64,000 nt of DNA from assembly GCA_046563655.1 (NCBI GenBank), contig CM102290.1, forward strand, positions 13,888,001 through 13,952,000. Direction: 5' to 3'. The position numbers and the translations under genes are program-made. The DNA is from Yuukianura sp. NJ FZ-2021 (Eukaryota). Each line of letters starts with the position of its first letter. Position 1 is the stretch's first letter. Of this stretch, positions 37,401 to 52,400 are shown in pieces. Under the pieces are notes generated by a model, which was not told the DNA's origin, did no database searches, and worked only from the letters and a program-made list of their open reading frames with translations.

Positions 37401-40400
37401 CAAAGAGTAGATCCGGAAGTATCCGCAGTTGGTTGTTGTTCAGTCGTCTGAAACAAAAAAAAAAGCAATTTTTAGAGTGAAATTCTTAGATTTTTAGAAA
37501 AGAAATTTGCTGTTGTGTGAAACAGTTTTTAAACTTTGAATTTTTTGTTGCTTTCGACTGTCTGGAACGACCAAATTCCTGTGGTTTGTAAATATTCAAG
37601 AGGGAATGGGGATTTGAGTGTCAAGTTTGGTGTAAGCGTTTCCAAAAACAAGTTGCAAAGTCCCACGAGAGTCCAAAATGACTTTGTTGTTGACACTTTT
37701 CGGAGAGAAAGGAGTCAATTGGGCGAGGAAAACGGGCATTCTGTGGCAGGGTAGAAATTAAGGCGGGTGAGACTAGCAGGGGAATGGAACTGTGAGTAAA
37801 ACGATAAAAGTTTAGGAAAAAGTGGGATTTTCTAAAAGTGAAAGCAAACTTGGGAAGTTGACTCCAATGTTTTTTTTTATCAAAATTTCCAAGTTTCCGT
37901 AAAATTGAATCATTTCTGTTTCTAAATCTGGATAAATTGGAGCCCGTTTCGACTCAAATTTGTTTTAGCCAGAGGTCAAATTGGAGTTTAGACCTGCAGG
38001 ATAGTACTTTGTAGTACTGAAGCAAAAGTGGGCAATTGGATTTTATCACACGCAACCAAGAGAAGAACATGGTTTAGCTCTTTACTTGTCTAAAAACCAG
38101 AAATTAAATCCCAAGAAAACTTTCTTTAACGTTTCTGTCTCCTTTTCTCTTTTGTTTTTAGTTGAAAACTGAAAGTAAAAGGTGTAGAAAAGAGATTGGA
38201 TTTAATCGTGGTGGCCAAAAGCAAGAGAGTAATTGAGCCTTCAATCCTAATCCCACCATCCTCCATAGGTTAGGCTAACGTTAGGTTACGTTAACCTACA
38301 CCTTAAACCTAACCAAAGCCTAAAACCTAACCATAAAACCCAAAGTCCTTCCACTTTTCTCCATTCTGGAACAAACTAAATAAAAGAACTTTTACCCACA
38401 AAAATAAAACTTTCTCTTCTATTGCTATTCTTCTTGGATAGAGATTCGCCCACGCAACAAATTGCGACGTTAGTCGTTCTGTAGGCTTAGTTTAACTTAG
38501 CTTGTGGACCAATAAAAACGAAACCTCTGGTCGCCCTTCTATTTCAATTTGAGTCTCGACCAAATCCAATTTTGCCAAAAAATAAACTAAAAGAATAAAA
38601 AATCTACTTTTTGGAAAAAAAAAACTGCAGCGATATTTCGTTTTTGATGAAACTGTTTAAGGTTGCAAAGTTCCTGCAGAAAACAATTGCGTTTCCCTGG
38701 AGACCGAGCTAAATTTTAAGTTAAGAATGTGGATAAAAGCGGTCGACAGAAGGAAATGGGCGCATCCATTTGAAGTTTGTGAAGCATTTATGGGTTAGGA
38801 AAGCGGACAAAAGAAGAAGGAAGCTCCATTTGGAGAATTTAGTTTGGCAGGATTAGAGAAGAAGAGTTTCCTTTTGAAGGAAAGCCATTGACTTTGCTTT
38901 GGGTTATTCAAGCGAACTCTGGTTTAATCCTATGGGAAGCTTTAGCAGCGTCTTCTACAACAACTGGAGACTTGTGCAGCTAACCTACAGAGAACCAAAT
39001 GACTTCTTTGAATCCAACCGCCACAAAATCCAATGAATATGAACCCTAAAACTTTAATCGCACTTTTCCTAAACTTGGGAAATAAAATGTCCAATGGAAC
39101 TTAGCTCAGCAGCTAAGTCTCTCCAGGAAGGAACCATTCCACTTTTTAGAATTACTTGGAAAGTTAGCACTTTTCTGTCTTTGAGGCAACAAAAGGGAAT
39201 TCCATATTGCCACCCACCAGCCCTCCCTCCAAGGGAAATCAGAATAACAAACAATGGTTTAAGGAAAAATGTAATTATGAGCAAAGCATGACAAAAAATA
39301 TACCGGTCGTAAACTAGGATTAGGGGTCGGAATCCGGAGCGGGTTTCTTAAAATCCGGATTTCGGATTTTGACGGATTTCAATCCTGAAATCCGGATTTA
39401 AATCCGGATTTCAATTTCTGTGTTAACTCCCATAAGAAATTCAAAATTGGTTTAAGCTGTCAGAAATGCAGGTTGGAAACACTCGTAGCTAAAACCTTGA
39501 TGATAAATTCGGCGTGTTTATTTTTTTATAATTACTAGTGTTGAAAAAAAAATGAAACATTGGCACAACATTAGCACAACATTGGCACAACATTAGCACA
39601 ACATTGGCACAACATTGGCACAACATTAGCAGAACATTGGCACAACATTGGCACAACATTAGCACAACATTAGCACAACATTCGCACAACATTCGCACAA
39701 CATTGGCACAACATTAGCACAACATTGGCACAACATTAGCACAACATTTGCACAACATTGGCACAACATTTGCACAACATTGGCACTACATTAGCACAAC
39801 ATTTGCACAACATTGGCACAACATTGGCACAACATTAGCACAACATTGGCACTACATTGGCACAACATTAGCACAACATTGGCACAACATTAGCACAACA
39901 TTTGCACAACATTGGCACAACATTTGCACAACATTGGCACTACATTAGCACAACATTTGCACAACATTGGCACAACATTGGCACAACATTAGCACAACAT
40001 TGGCACTACATTAGCACAACATTAGCACAACATTAGCACAACATTGGCACAACAATACAAAATACGGTATTTTACGAACCCTGAAATTGAGTATATCTGA
40101 GGTTGGCTATTTTTTTTTTGATACCGCACATGCCCTCGAATAGCTCTTGAAATCCGTAGAAATCCGGATTTCAGTATTTAAAAATCCGGATTTCGGATAA
40201 TCCGAATCCGTCAAAAATCCGGATTTGAATCCGGAGCCAAAATCCGGATTCCGACCCCTAACTAGGATGTACATAAGTATCGACAGATGTTGCACGGGAG
40301 CATGAAAAGTTGACCTCTGACCCGCTAGGAGGTCACATAATATTACAAAAGCTAGTTGAATAACGAGATGAACAACTTTTGTAGAGATGATTTTCGATAT

Positions 40401-43400
40401 TACTGTAGTTGAAACCGATCGATCTTGACCTTTGACCCGGAAGGAGTTGACATGCGTGGATGATATTCGATAGTGAATATCCCGGGGTCAGCAAATGAAA
40501 ACGGCTCCCGGAACAGAGAGAATTGCCGCCGAAGGCTGGTCAGACAGACAGACAGACAGACAAGGTAAATGCATGAAGTAGCTTTCGCTGCTTAAGAAAG
40601 AGGGAATGGCGCTACAGAGGCACATTTCTCTTGATGATAACAATAGAGAAAGAATTCCGAGGTTGTTGGTAGTAAAGCAGCAGTAAGTAGTTTCTAATGA
40701 TGGGGTAGCGTCTTCCCTAATGTAAATATAGACAAGACTTCTTCGTCTTCTGGAACTACCAACCAGCAACTTTTTTTTGTACAAACTTAATCAGGAGTTC
40801 CATCACGATCGGGATAGGAATCTCATCTGTCCGAATTTGACCAAAGAAACAATAGGTGGGTGTAGGACGTTCAACGGAAAAACCTTGAATTGGACACGCT
40901 CAAATCGCTTGGAGAATCTTAGAAATTCAAAACTCCCAAATTTCAAAATTTCCAAATTCCTTACAAAATGTTAATGTTTTTTAAAATTTGGCCTAAATTG
41001 TGTAATTTTTAAGTGCATGTAAATTTTATGTAGTTGACCTTGCAACAACTACTGTGTGTTCTAAAAAACTCCAAGCGAGAAATTCAATTCGTGTTTGGAG
41101 TCTGTAGTCCAGACATGACGAAGATACAAGAGCTTTGACCAAAAAAAACTTCCAAGGGTCTCTGTCACCTTCGTGTTTTGGAAAAACAAGAGTCTCCAGA
41201 TGCCCGTCGTAGATGAGATTCAAAATGGAGGGGGAATTATGAACGTTATAATTTTGAAGTGACAAAGGACGGATTAGTGGAGACCTGAAAAGTGGATGCT
41301 GGAGGGTGTAAGTCTCTCGAGTCCATTTAGAAAGTCTGTCTGCCAAGAGGTTTTCTATTCAGTAAGCATTAGAGTAATCGGCTCGGCTACTTTTCCTCCC
41401 CCCACCAATTCCACATGAATACATTCACAATTGTAATTGTGACGAGGGAATCTGCGTCTCCTACATTTCAGCACGTACTAATATTAGAATGGACCAAAGA
41501 TCAACATGTTTCAATCCCCTAAGCATCGGATGCAGAGAGACAATGACGCTGGATTCAATTTAGGCAGTGACACAAACAAGCAATCCAACCATTTCCAGAA
41601 GGGAGTCATAATTTCAAAACCGAATTTTTATTAATTTTCGAAATTTCGAACCAAAAAAGCAAGTATGTGATAAAAAAGATAAAAAAATAAAAAGTACTAG
41701 ACTGATATTTTGAATACTGCGAGCCAGGCAGACAGACAGACGGACAGACAGGCAGACAGACAGAAAAGGTCGATGCATAAAGTAGGTTTCGCTACTTGAT
41801 AACCAAAAAGTTAAAAAAAATTCTAAAATAGAAATTTGGAAAAACCGTTTTTCCGCAGTAGTCTCGTTTTTCCCAACAAAGACAGTTGATACATTATTTC
41901 TGGCGGGAAAAGAATTTTTTTTAAAAGAATTTTCCTCTCGTAAAACTGCATTCCAATTTCCTCGCACTTTCTTTTAGCACCCAATAATCTCCTGGCGTAG
42001 TTTTTCGTAAAAGTGAAACCCAATCGTAAAAATGTACTGGACAGCAGGAGAACCCAGGAGATTGTCAATTTTGTAAAACACTTGTGTAAGTTTGTAAATG
42101 GCCAGAAGGGAGATTGTCTTGATTCAGTTCCCAATAAATCCCAGTGTTATTTCAATAGATGGATTCTCCAAATTGTATTCTGGTCAGAATCTGAGAGAGA
42201 GAAAGCTCGGACTCTCCTTGGGCTAAGAATTTCTCCGAATTTCGGGGAAAGGTAGGAGACGTGGAGGAAGTTGGAAGTGGAAGAGGCCGTAATTTAATAT
42301 TGAGAACAACAGAGTAGTCTCAATCCCAGTCAATCCCACTTGAATTCAACAGACTTCCGTCTTCATTGAATCCACCAGAAATTCCAGTTGACAAAGGAGA
42401 CAGCAGTAAGTCTTAATATATTTTCTGTAACGTGGTACATTGCAGATAGCACAGCAGCACAAAAGTCCAAACAACAAAAGGAGAGAAGAAAGTTTGGAGA
42501 AGAAAAAACAGGAAACACCGCGGACAAAAAAATTTCACCAGAAGAAATTTTTGTGTTTTCGGAAACATTTCTTGTGAAATGTGCAGGAATTCGGTGGACA
42601 GACGGACAGAGTTGGACAAATAACCTCCCTTGTTAAACTTATCCGCGCCTTGAATCAAAAAGTGGACTTCCTTGGTTTACAGACAACGTCAACGTGAACG
42701 CTTGGCTCCTGGGGGATTCAAAGTATTGGAGTGACTAGAGCTCTTGAGTCCAGTCAACAAAAAAAGTAGTGCTTGGCCACTACAAAGCTTAAATCCCACT
42801 TCGCACCCTCTTGGATCATAAGTCTCTCCAAAATGTGTATCAAATGCAGCTCTTCTCTAAGAAAAAGTTTAGTTGAACTTTGACTTCAGAGAATTTTCGA
42901 GCCTTAAAAGGTCAATTCCTCTCTTTTTCAAAAAATATATTACAGAAATGACACTTCAACACAAAAAATTCCACACTTTTTGTAACAACTTTTAAAAAAA
43001 AAATTATTGTAACTCTGTAAATTTTTTATAATTTGTAACAAATATACTTTACAATAATTTTTTTGTAACTTACAAAACACAAAAGAAACCCAGAATTCAT
43101 TTGAGTAGAGAGAAAGTTTTCAACTTTCACTCTACGCCGCCCACCTTTTCCATTAACGTGCAAACTGAAAGCTACTAACTTTCTCTCTTGTTTATTTTTA
43201 ATGAAAAGTTGTGTTTGGACGTAGAATATTTATGGAGAAAAGGTGTCTAGAACAAGAGTAATTTTGGAGAAAGTAATCAAAGTGTTTTGCTCTTCGTAAT
43301 TTCTCATTTCTTTCACTTTTTAATTTCATTTCCCTCTTTTCCAAAAAACTAATTTCACGAAAGTTGAGAACCATGGGAAAACTGACGACAAAGTTAAACG

Positions 43401-46400
43401 ACAGTGAACAATACATACAGTCTATGGCAAAATTGAAGTTTAAGCCTCCAGGTTGTTCACTGCACTCACAACGCACACGCTCCAACCAAAAACTCTCCTG
43501 ACTCACGTTTGTTGACCAAAAGGATTAGAATTGCATAAAAGTTGAATGGGTTTTTGGAGGGAATTGGAATATGGAGCTCATCTGCCTCATAGGAGGGGAG
43601 GAGAGTAGGGGAAAACAATGGATTCCGTTGTTTCACACGGGATTTAAAAGCTTTTGCTTGTAAGTAATTCTGGTGACTCCACTTTCTTACTTTCTTCTAC
43701 TTTCATCATCTTCCTACTCTCCCCTGAGTTCCTGTCTTCCACAACAGCATCCAAATCCTCTCATACTCAATTCATCTCAGAATCAGGCTTTTCAAACAAT
43801 ACGACGCTGCGGCTTTCAGGTCGAACCGAATGCAAATATGAGTTCAAAGACCGATGTTTAAAAAAAATAGGAAACATTTTTTATCAAAAACAAAGTGAAT
43901 CCTGTCAACCTTTCGCATTTTTCAAATTTAGCGTCTCCAATAATTTAGGAAGACAAATCTGAAATTTACAAATCCGAAATTTGCAAATCCGTGATTTACA
44001 AACTAAAGATTTACAAATTTCAGATTCCAATTCTAGCCAAATCATACAAACTTTTACTTTGTGTAAACTTTAAGGTACAGTAAACTCTCTCAAATTGCAA
44101 CATTTTTTTTTCTCACAGTGGAATACCGTAAAACCAAATAGTATCAGAGGGGCTCAACTTTAAGCAAATCTACTACTAACGGTTTGGTTAATCCGATAGT
44201 TCTAAATCAGAAAGTTTACGGTAGGCATCAAAATCCTTCACAGCCAGTTTCAATTTGCGAGGATTTACTGTACCTAAATTTTTAAGCGTTTTGAATTTCA
44301 AAATTCTGAAATTTCAGTTTAATACTATGAACATGGTCATTATGTTTTAAAGTTGCAGCTCAAAGGTCATTGACCTTTGCTAATTGTTTCCCCGGAGGTC
44401 ATTCCTGTTCAAAACATAATGGATTTGAGTGATGGTGTAAAAAGTGCGGAATTTAGGACTGCGTTGACTAAATTGTGCCTTACGGAAGCGTTGCCTGAGG
44501 GGACACGAAGCTATTAGGTTGAGAGTGGGGCTATTAGTGTGCCTGGTTCAATTGACACACCTTGACTGTGTGTGCTGAATAGTAACGGACAGTGTTATAC
44601 CTTATGTTTTTCATTAGTATACACACTTTGTGCATATACTTGACACTTGGGAAACCTAACCTCTCGAAGTAACTCTAAACCGTCATTGTTTGTTTCTGCA
44701 ATGAGTAGAGTCCGTTTCCATTTAAAGCCTTCGGTTGTAAGTACAAACTGTACTTGACATGAACTCTGCATGACCAAAGTGGCATGTCATCATGACCAGA
44801 CAACAAAGAGGAAAGGGCGTGCCCATAGTCAGCACCTTTAAGTCATTTTCAAAAACAGACATAAACTTTGCCTTAAAAATCATCCAACAACTTCAATCAT
44901 GTCACTAGAGTCATCAAATCACAAAACACGATGAGGATGCCACTGATTTTGAGAATCCAATTTGCCAGAATGGAGAATTTGAAAAGGTTTCCGGTTCAAA
45001 TTATTTCCCGCCATCATTACTACGTATTGATTACTCTCAACATGCAAAAGTATAGTATTTGAGGCTCTGCTGAACTAAAAAGGTTTGCTTTCTCTGACCT
45101 TTTACACACAGACAGCCCAAAGTAATAAAAAAAAAAGTCGTAAAAGGAAACACTCATTTCTTGAGAGAATTTCCAGAAAATTAATATTGGAAATGGTGGA
45201 AGGTGAACACTGAGAGTTTATGTGATGAATTTTTTAAGACCATTTTCTTCTGACTTTTGTTCTTTTAAGCACTTTGGTCGAGGCGCAAGCTGAAACCATA
45301 CGGCTATGAAGTAGTGAAAGCAACTTCATAGATTAAACATGTCTGTCTGTCTGTCTGTCTGCCACGGACAATTTTTTCAATATCTTAACTCAGAAACTCT
45401 TTTCGCGGAATAAACTTATCACTAGTGGCATTTATTGAATATCAACTCGTTCTAAATCAAAGGTCAACCGGCTTCAACTTTACACATGAGAACCTATATG
45501 ACCTTCTTCCGGAGGTCAAAGGTCAACTTTTTTCTTTTAGTTTATAGATAATAGTGCATTGCAGTTCACCATGCGGTGCTTATGTAATGAATCGGTTTCT
45601 TTCGCTACTTTTGTACATTCTATTTTACTACGGGTTTATTTCTTCGTTGTGAACTGGAGCAACGGAACTGAATGGGTTTGGAGCTGTCTCTCCTAATTGG
45701 AATTTCAATGAATTAGTGCGAACATTAAAAATTTTAGATCCCCGAAAATTTTTTGCAGATTTTAGACAATGGGTTATAATTGTGTGAATAGACTTAGGAA
45801 CAGCGGGAGGGCCCAAATCCAGTCAGGAACTCCGAAACCCCCTTAAATCTCCTGCTTCCTGTGTGGGTTTTAGTTGAATCGGGGCGCGCAGTGGTCTAAA
45901 TCCTGAATAATGGGACAGAGCGAAAAGGTGTGTACTGTGTGTGTGTGGTAAGGGTTTAAGTGCATTTGGACTTCGCAAGGGAAGGGAGGCACAAAGAGTG
46001 TCTAATAAAATCAATTAGCACTCAAGTGGATTCCACCCTCCCGGAGTACAGTCCATTTTACTCACACAAATTAGCAGTCCACAAAATAATGGTTCGTGTG
46101 TAGCGAAGATTTATTTAGTAAAAAATGTTTCGGCTGAACTCACCCTTTAAGTTTTCTACAGACGAACCTCTCATTTAGCAACTCTCTTCCTTCTCAGTGG
46201 AAAACCTATGTTTCTGGAGCGAGTTGAACTTTGGGTGGTGAAATGAGGTTCAGGGCTCCCACGGGCTTGAGAGACAAAGAATAATGGCTTGGAAAAATAT
46301 AGAAACCGACGGGATTTGAACCCACATCTCTTCAATGCGGGAAGAGCTCTAACCATTGAGCTATCATGTTCTAGCCTACACATGATGGATTCAGAAGGCT

Positions 46401-49400
46401 TCCCTAAAAGAGGCACTGCAGGGGGACTGCCACAGTGACCTCTGACGAGATTAAATTAGAAAGTTTACTGTAAATGCCACTCGAATGGACCATGAACGGG
46501 TTGCTAAACGAGGGGTTTTTCTGTACTTTGGGGCTAAAGTTAAGTTTGGAATTTTGTAAAAAGTTTGGGAGAAGAGCCAACGCTCAGCGCCAGTCTTGGA
46601 AGACGTGTCAAGACAGGAACCGGGCGACTCCCCGGGACGGCCCAATATTTCCTAGGTTTATCGTGCCACAAGGTGAGGACTGACTAAAGGGAATCTGGAC
46701 TTGAGGTTCGTGCTCTTCCAAGCGTGTATTTTGGAACTGAACGCCAAAAAACGATAGTGCGTGCTTCGGAAGGGCGCGTAGTGTCGTCGTTTTTAGGCCT
46801 TTTGTGTTCTTTTTACTCAAGTATAGTCGGAAAGTTCAAAACTTTCGTCTTTCCCCGCCAAATCCAACCCGTTTTCTTTTAAAATCCAACTTTAGAAAAG
46901 ACTAAAAGGCCGAGTGTGCACAGTGTGCAGGAGATAAACGAGTAGAAAATTAGCCAATTTCTCACTTCACACATATTATTCAGTCCATGAACATTTCCAG
47001 GTCTCAGTTCCAGGAAAACCCTATAAGAGACAAATGGATCTCCAGTTAGAACTTTCTCAAAAGGAATCTTCTCGCTACGCCAACAAATTTTTTTTTCAAC
47101 CGGCCTCACACAAAAATCCGGGAGAAAATCGGAGCGTTTTCACTTTTTTTCACACCATTTTTATCCCCTACTGTAGTAGAATCATCCGAACAAACTCTAG
47201 TGTTCAGATAGTCATTTGCTGACTTGGCCTTTTTCAAAAAATCTTTTCACTTCTTTTTTTCGAAATTCCAACTTTCTTTTATAGAAGTGTTCACACACTT
47301 GAAGTGCTGCACTTTTCACTTCGACATGAAAATGGACCCTACACTTTCTTTTCACAACTTTTTCTCTGCACTTTTTTCCTCTTTTTGTTGAATTGGTTAA
47401 ATTATTTTCAAAAACCGGAAATCTTTGGGCCTTTTTCGGCAGAATCGGAAGTCCCTGGAAAAACTTGTCTCAAAAATGGGCCAAAATTGGGATTCTAGAG
47501 GAAGTTCTGAATTTTCTGGAAATGACATAAAAACCCGTTTTTTTTTGAATTTAAAAAAAAAAGTCTACCGGATCATTCATTTTAATTTTTTTGAAAGTCG
47601 CTTCCCTTTGGCGGTGGCTTCTGGCATAAATGCGTAGACGAGAATAAGGCGGCGTTTGAGCTTGAGAGACAAAGCAGAAAAAGATAAAAGTTAAAACTAA
47701 CCAAGTTAAATCCTCCATTACACTACTGCACTACTCCAAAAAAGGTTTAAATCTCCCGCTTTTTTTGAAAAGGAATACAAGCTTCCTGGAAACTTCCAGT
47801 TTCCTTTGAAACTGCACCGTGCTGTTCCTAACTACGAATGAGAATTCCCTTAGACTTGCTTTTAAAGTTTTTATTTCCTAGTGTCTTGGTTTTGCCTGGT
47901 TTTGTCCCAGTGGGACTCGACTGCCCGGACTCACTTCCTGCCCAGCCCACTTCCGAAGACTTCCAAGTCCGTCTGTACTAAATTCACCTACGGCCCTCCA
48001 TTAGGCCCTTAACATGTCCAATAAAAAATAATAACTCTATACATCATGCCTTAAAAGAACCTGCCTCTTCATTCATTCTGCACTCAAAACCTAAAAAAGG
48101 ACAAAACGAAGGAAGCACCTCTCCAGCAACAAACTTTGTTAGCAAACAGTTCAAAATCGGCCAAACCACAAATCTTATAGAGAGCCAACCAGGCCAAACC
48201 TCCAAATCAAAAATATGACAGACATAAAGATTTTCAATTTTTTGGTTGAAGGTGAAATGGTCAAAATAATTTGACCAAAAAGTAAAAAGGCCAAAAAGTG
48301 AAAATGTCAACCGTAACAAATAGTAACTAGCTTAGGGTTTCTTCTGTTTGGCTTTCTCAGTTTTTGATCTCTTCACTATTTAACCAAAATGCTTTTGACA
48401 ATATTATACATATGGAACATATAACATTTTTTTAAATTGGAAAACTTGATCGCTATAATATAAAAGTTACAGGCATGAATGAATTTAATCCATATTGTTT
48501 TTTGAAAACTGGTCGACTATTGCGATTGGGAATTCTAAACCCTCTGTCTAACTTTTCTTTGCATAAAGAAGACAAGGCACGTGACGGTTGCAACGATGAC
48601 ATGCAATAGTTGAAGTTGCAATTTCTGTTTTGCAAAAATCTGATTCATGTGGCACGAACACTTTTTAGTTGTGGGATTAGGATTAGAACATACTTCAAGA
48701 GTACTGCTCAAAATTTCACACATATTACAAGCGTTTTCTAGGCTAAGAAATGCGGTATACTCCACTTACATTCAAAAGACATTCAAGTGTTTTCCTAGCA
48801 AAAAAAAACAGGAGTTGCAATTTGAGAGGGTCTACTGTAATAATAATTTAAATTAAAAATTGAGTTTGATCAAAATGAAAATTTAATATTGAAAGGAATA
48901 CTGTTGGGGATGGGCGGTTGGCGTGTCATTTGGATGTCAGATTGATCTGGAGTTGAATGAATGGAGAAAGTTGTAAGTTGGAATGACTTAGGGTGTGAGA
49001 TGAGGGATGCGTCTGAAATATGCAGATAAATCGGAGGATTTCTTGGGAATTAAATTTATAGGGAGACATTACGGAAGACTCATCTTGTGGATGGTCCATG
49101 TGACGCTTCCCTATAAAACGGAACCATTATTCCCATCTCCCATTGTTCCTCCTGCCTCATCTTCTCTCCAAGATTAGATTCCAAGCATTCCCCCACCACT
49201 TTTACTACGAATTTCACTAGATCACGGTCAGAACCTAAGAATAGTACAACCCCCCCCCCTTTAACCCCCCCCCCCCTCTTCCTCTGTGACACTCACGACC
49301 ATCAATCTTAGACTGAGGTCATTGACTCACTCCAGGAAATTGGAATTCGACCTCAGTAGAGTTAACCTCTGGAAAATGGAGTTGCGAATAACCTAACCAA

Positions 49401-52400
49401 CTGACCTACGTTATTCTACTTTCAAACTTTTCACTTAATAAGGTTTGTTTACTTTTGAATTTCTTTAATAGGTTGGGTAATACCGCATGTTTTTTCGATT
49501 TTGGAAAGAAAAGTATATCTTTTCAATTCCGGGCATCGTAGTCATAACAATACAGCTAGTTATTTTTTCAATTTTTTTGTTTTGTTCGTTTTTTTTTTGT
49601 CTACAACGGAGGTACTACCCAACCTGTTAAAGAAAATTAACTTTTTGTTGTCAAGGAACTTTGTCACTTAACAACTTCAAAAAAAAGTAGACCGAGAGCC
49701 GTGTGGTGGTTGAAAATTGTAGTTTTAGAAAGTACCGTAAAATATCTAATTAACGTCAGATTTTGAGTAAACGCCCGTGATGCTAAGATTTTTGGTAAAC
49801 GCGTTCGGGCTTCTATTAGAAGTTTTACGGTAGTATTTGTTTCGGCATGACTCTGCAATATATTCGCCTAATGTCCAATAAACTTTAGCCCAATTTATGT
49901 TTAGTTTAACTTGAACTTTAACTCAGGATTGGCTGGTGCCAAATTGGTGTGATAAACAAACAAAAAAGTGTCTACATGGTCACATTTCCTTCGCGTAATT
50001 TCTAACCAGCACAATAATTTTTAATTTAAAGTTTGTGTCAGCTATTTTTCTGAAAGCTGATTACACTTTTTAGCACGCAGGAGTCGGAAATGTGTGCTAA
50101 GTGGGCACTAATTTCATAGGCGACACGAGCTTCTGATTTGTTCTGAATAATTGAATAACAAGTGAGATGATTCAGGCTTGCTAATGGGTCTAACAAGGAC
50201 GTTAAATTAATAATTTCTAAGCAAACTTTTTTTTAGCAAGTCTCAGGCATGAGAAGCGAGTTGCTAAAAAGCAGAGAATCTCTGGAATGGATCTCCAGCG
50301 GCAGTGAAAGTCTTTGCAAAATGGTTTGTAACCACGGTGAAAGCACATTGGAGTACAGTAGTGCTGGTAATGTAGTTTGAACGGTGAGTGTGATGAGTCC
50401 CAGGACAGTCGTCACGGACTAGAGCACAAGCTAAGGGTCCCTCCAGTGTGTGAAACTATCCAGCATCAGTTTCCATTGCTCCACAAAGTTCCTGGAAACC
50501 TTTGTGCTAATGACGGAAACCGTCTTTTGAGCTTTTTCGTTCCATTTCCGCTTGGTTTTTGGAAAGTGATGGAGAGAAAGCAGTGGATTTGATCCGTATT
50601 ACATAATAGGGTGGGGAGGGTCCATGAGGCCCATTACGCTTTCTCCTCTTCGTTTCACACTTTGAGCGGAGTCTTTGTCTCCAATGGCAACGGTGGTCGT
50701 GGTGGGGTGAGGAGATCAGTCTCCAGATTCAAACTTCATCTCGTAATGAGGACCAAGACTTGAAGCCCTTGGGACACAAGAACAATGGGATGACTCAAAA
50801 GACTTATTATTATTCCTGCCCTGCCACTCTGTGTTTTCAACAACCTTGAGTCACTACTCAGACAGGGGGACAATCCCATCTTCCACAAAACCAATCAATT
50901 CCAAAGTCATTTCAACCCGATACTCTCCAGCAGCAGCCGAAAATGGAAACTACCCAATTAAATCCAACTTTTTCTCAAGGTTCGTCGAATCTAAATTATT
51001 TTAATTAAAAAGGCTTTAACAACTTCATTGTCTCTGCTTGATCACTTTAGCTTGAATCACAACTACGCACCAAAGTGTGTGTTTTTAAAGAAACTATTTA
51101 CAGTTTCTACAAAAGTTGTGACAAGCTTCAAGGAAAAATTTTCTCCAGCCACCAATTGTCAAGGGACGACATTTGTACCGTAAGGCTTCCAACAAACGCC
51201 CGGGCGCGTATTCAAAACCTCAGCTTTTTTTTTTATATTCTTTTTTTTTTCTTTATTTGGTATTCTATTCTTCGGTGTTGCTGGATATCCACTTTTTTAG
51301 CATTTCGTCTACTAGATAACTCGTGATATCCACTGGATAAATGGATAAATCCGGATAAAATCCAGCTTCCTGTGGACGAAATTGAGTTTCATCCGGAAGA
51401 AACCACTAAAATCCGGATAAATCAACCACTTTCGAGGATAGTGGAAGAAACATTTTATCCATCCAACAACACTGCTATTTTTTGGCATTTCCTTCTTCCA
51501 AGTGTGGGTTGAACCTGCCGGCCTTTGAATAGAAATCCGGCGTTTGTTAGAAGTTTTACGGTAACTATAATATAAAATGGATCTGTTCAGAATCACTTCT
51601 TAAGACGTTTTGAATGACCTAAATTCGTGATGTCGACTAACTTTGGTGTCAATTTCTTCCAGAAAATACTGGATTTGCGTCATGACAGTGCGTGCTGATT
51701 CGTTAATGACATGGAGAAAAAGTGTCACAGAATTTGAGGTACTTATAGTTTGTTTTGTGTAGTTCTAACTGCAAAGTTGTTCCTTAAGCTGGAGGTTAAG
51801 GTTAGTTGTTCAAAGTGTGAGCTTTTGTTATTAAAAGTGCCTTGAGGACCACTTGGAAGGAACACAATTATACTCTGCCCAATTCAAAGAGATCGTGAGG
51901 ACAGGATTTGTGGCCAAGGTTTGAATGGAACAATGGTTTTAAATTAAAGTAGATTTCTGGTGAAGCTGTTTAGAGAATGAGTTATTGTGAGCCTTACAGT
52001 CTTTCGAGAGCCGCCAAGTCCTGGAACGATCCCTTCTCCAGCGTATGAATCTCGTTATCCGACAATTGTCTAAAAGTGGGTTCAATCAAAGAGCCGTGAC
52101 ATTAGAATTTAGAGTTACACAAATCATGAGGAACAAAGTACTGCATTTCGTGCATTTCCAGCCTCATGAAAGCTTAACTTTGACTTTTGTACTGCTTTTC
52201 CACCACTTTTGTTGTGACTGAAGTCCAAAAGAGAAAGAACTTACAGAATTCGGAGTGATCCGAGTCCAGCGAAATCTGATAGGCGAATGATCGTCAAGTT
52301 GTTCCCTTGCAGATCACTGAAAGGAAAATCAAATGTTCATTAGTGATTAACATTTAAGAAAAACTTTAGTGAGACAGTTTAAGTCCAACGAGGTTCTGTG

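Noticed and set aside
38265..38340. Telomere-like ttagg/cctaa repeats
   Set aside because: There are only a few degenerate units, insufficient to call a telomeric seed or infer the taxon.
39489..39948. Cys-rich and His-rich ORFs ([16 protein letters not shown]) resembling metallothionein
   Set aside because: They are translations of the 11-bp satellite inside a MITE.
50035..50065. 12-nt match (tgaaagctgatt) to the 3' end of bantam miRNA
   Set aside because: The seed region is absent and there is no precursor-length hairpin.
26831..51997. Nested genes or duplicated mutually exclusive LRR exons in the two large slit introns
   Set aside because: No ORF-track protein there is recognisable and I found no extra 72-nt LRR exon by eye. 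Small exons could have been missed.
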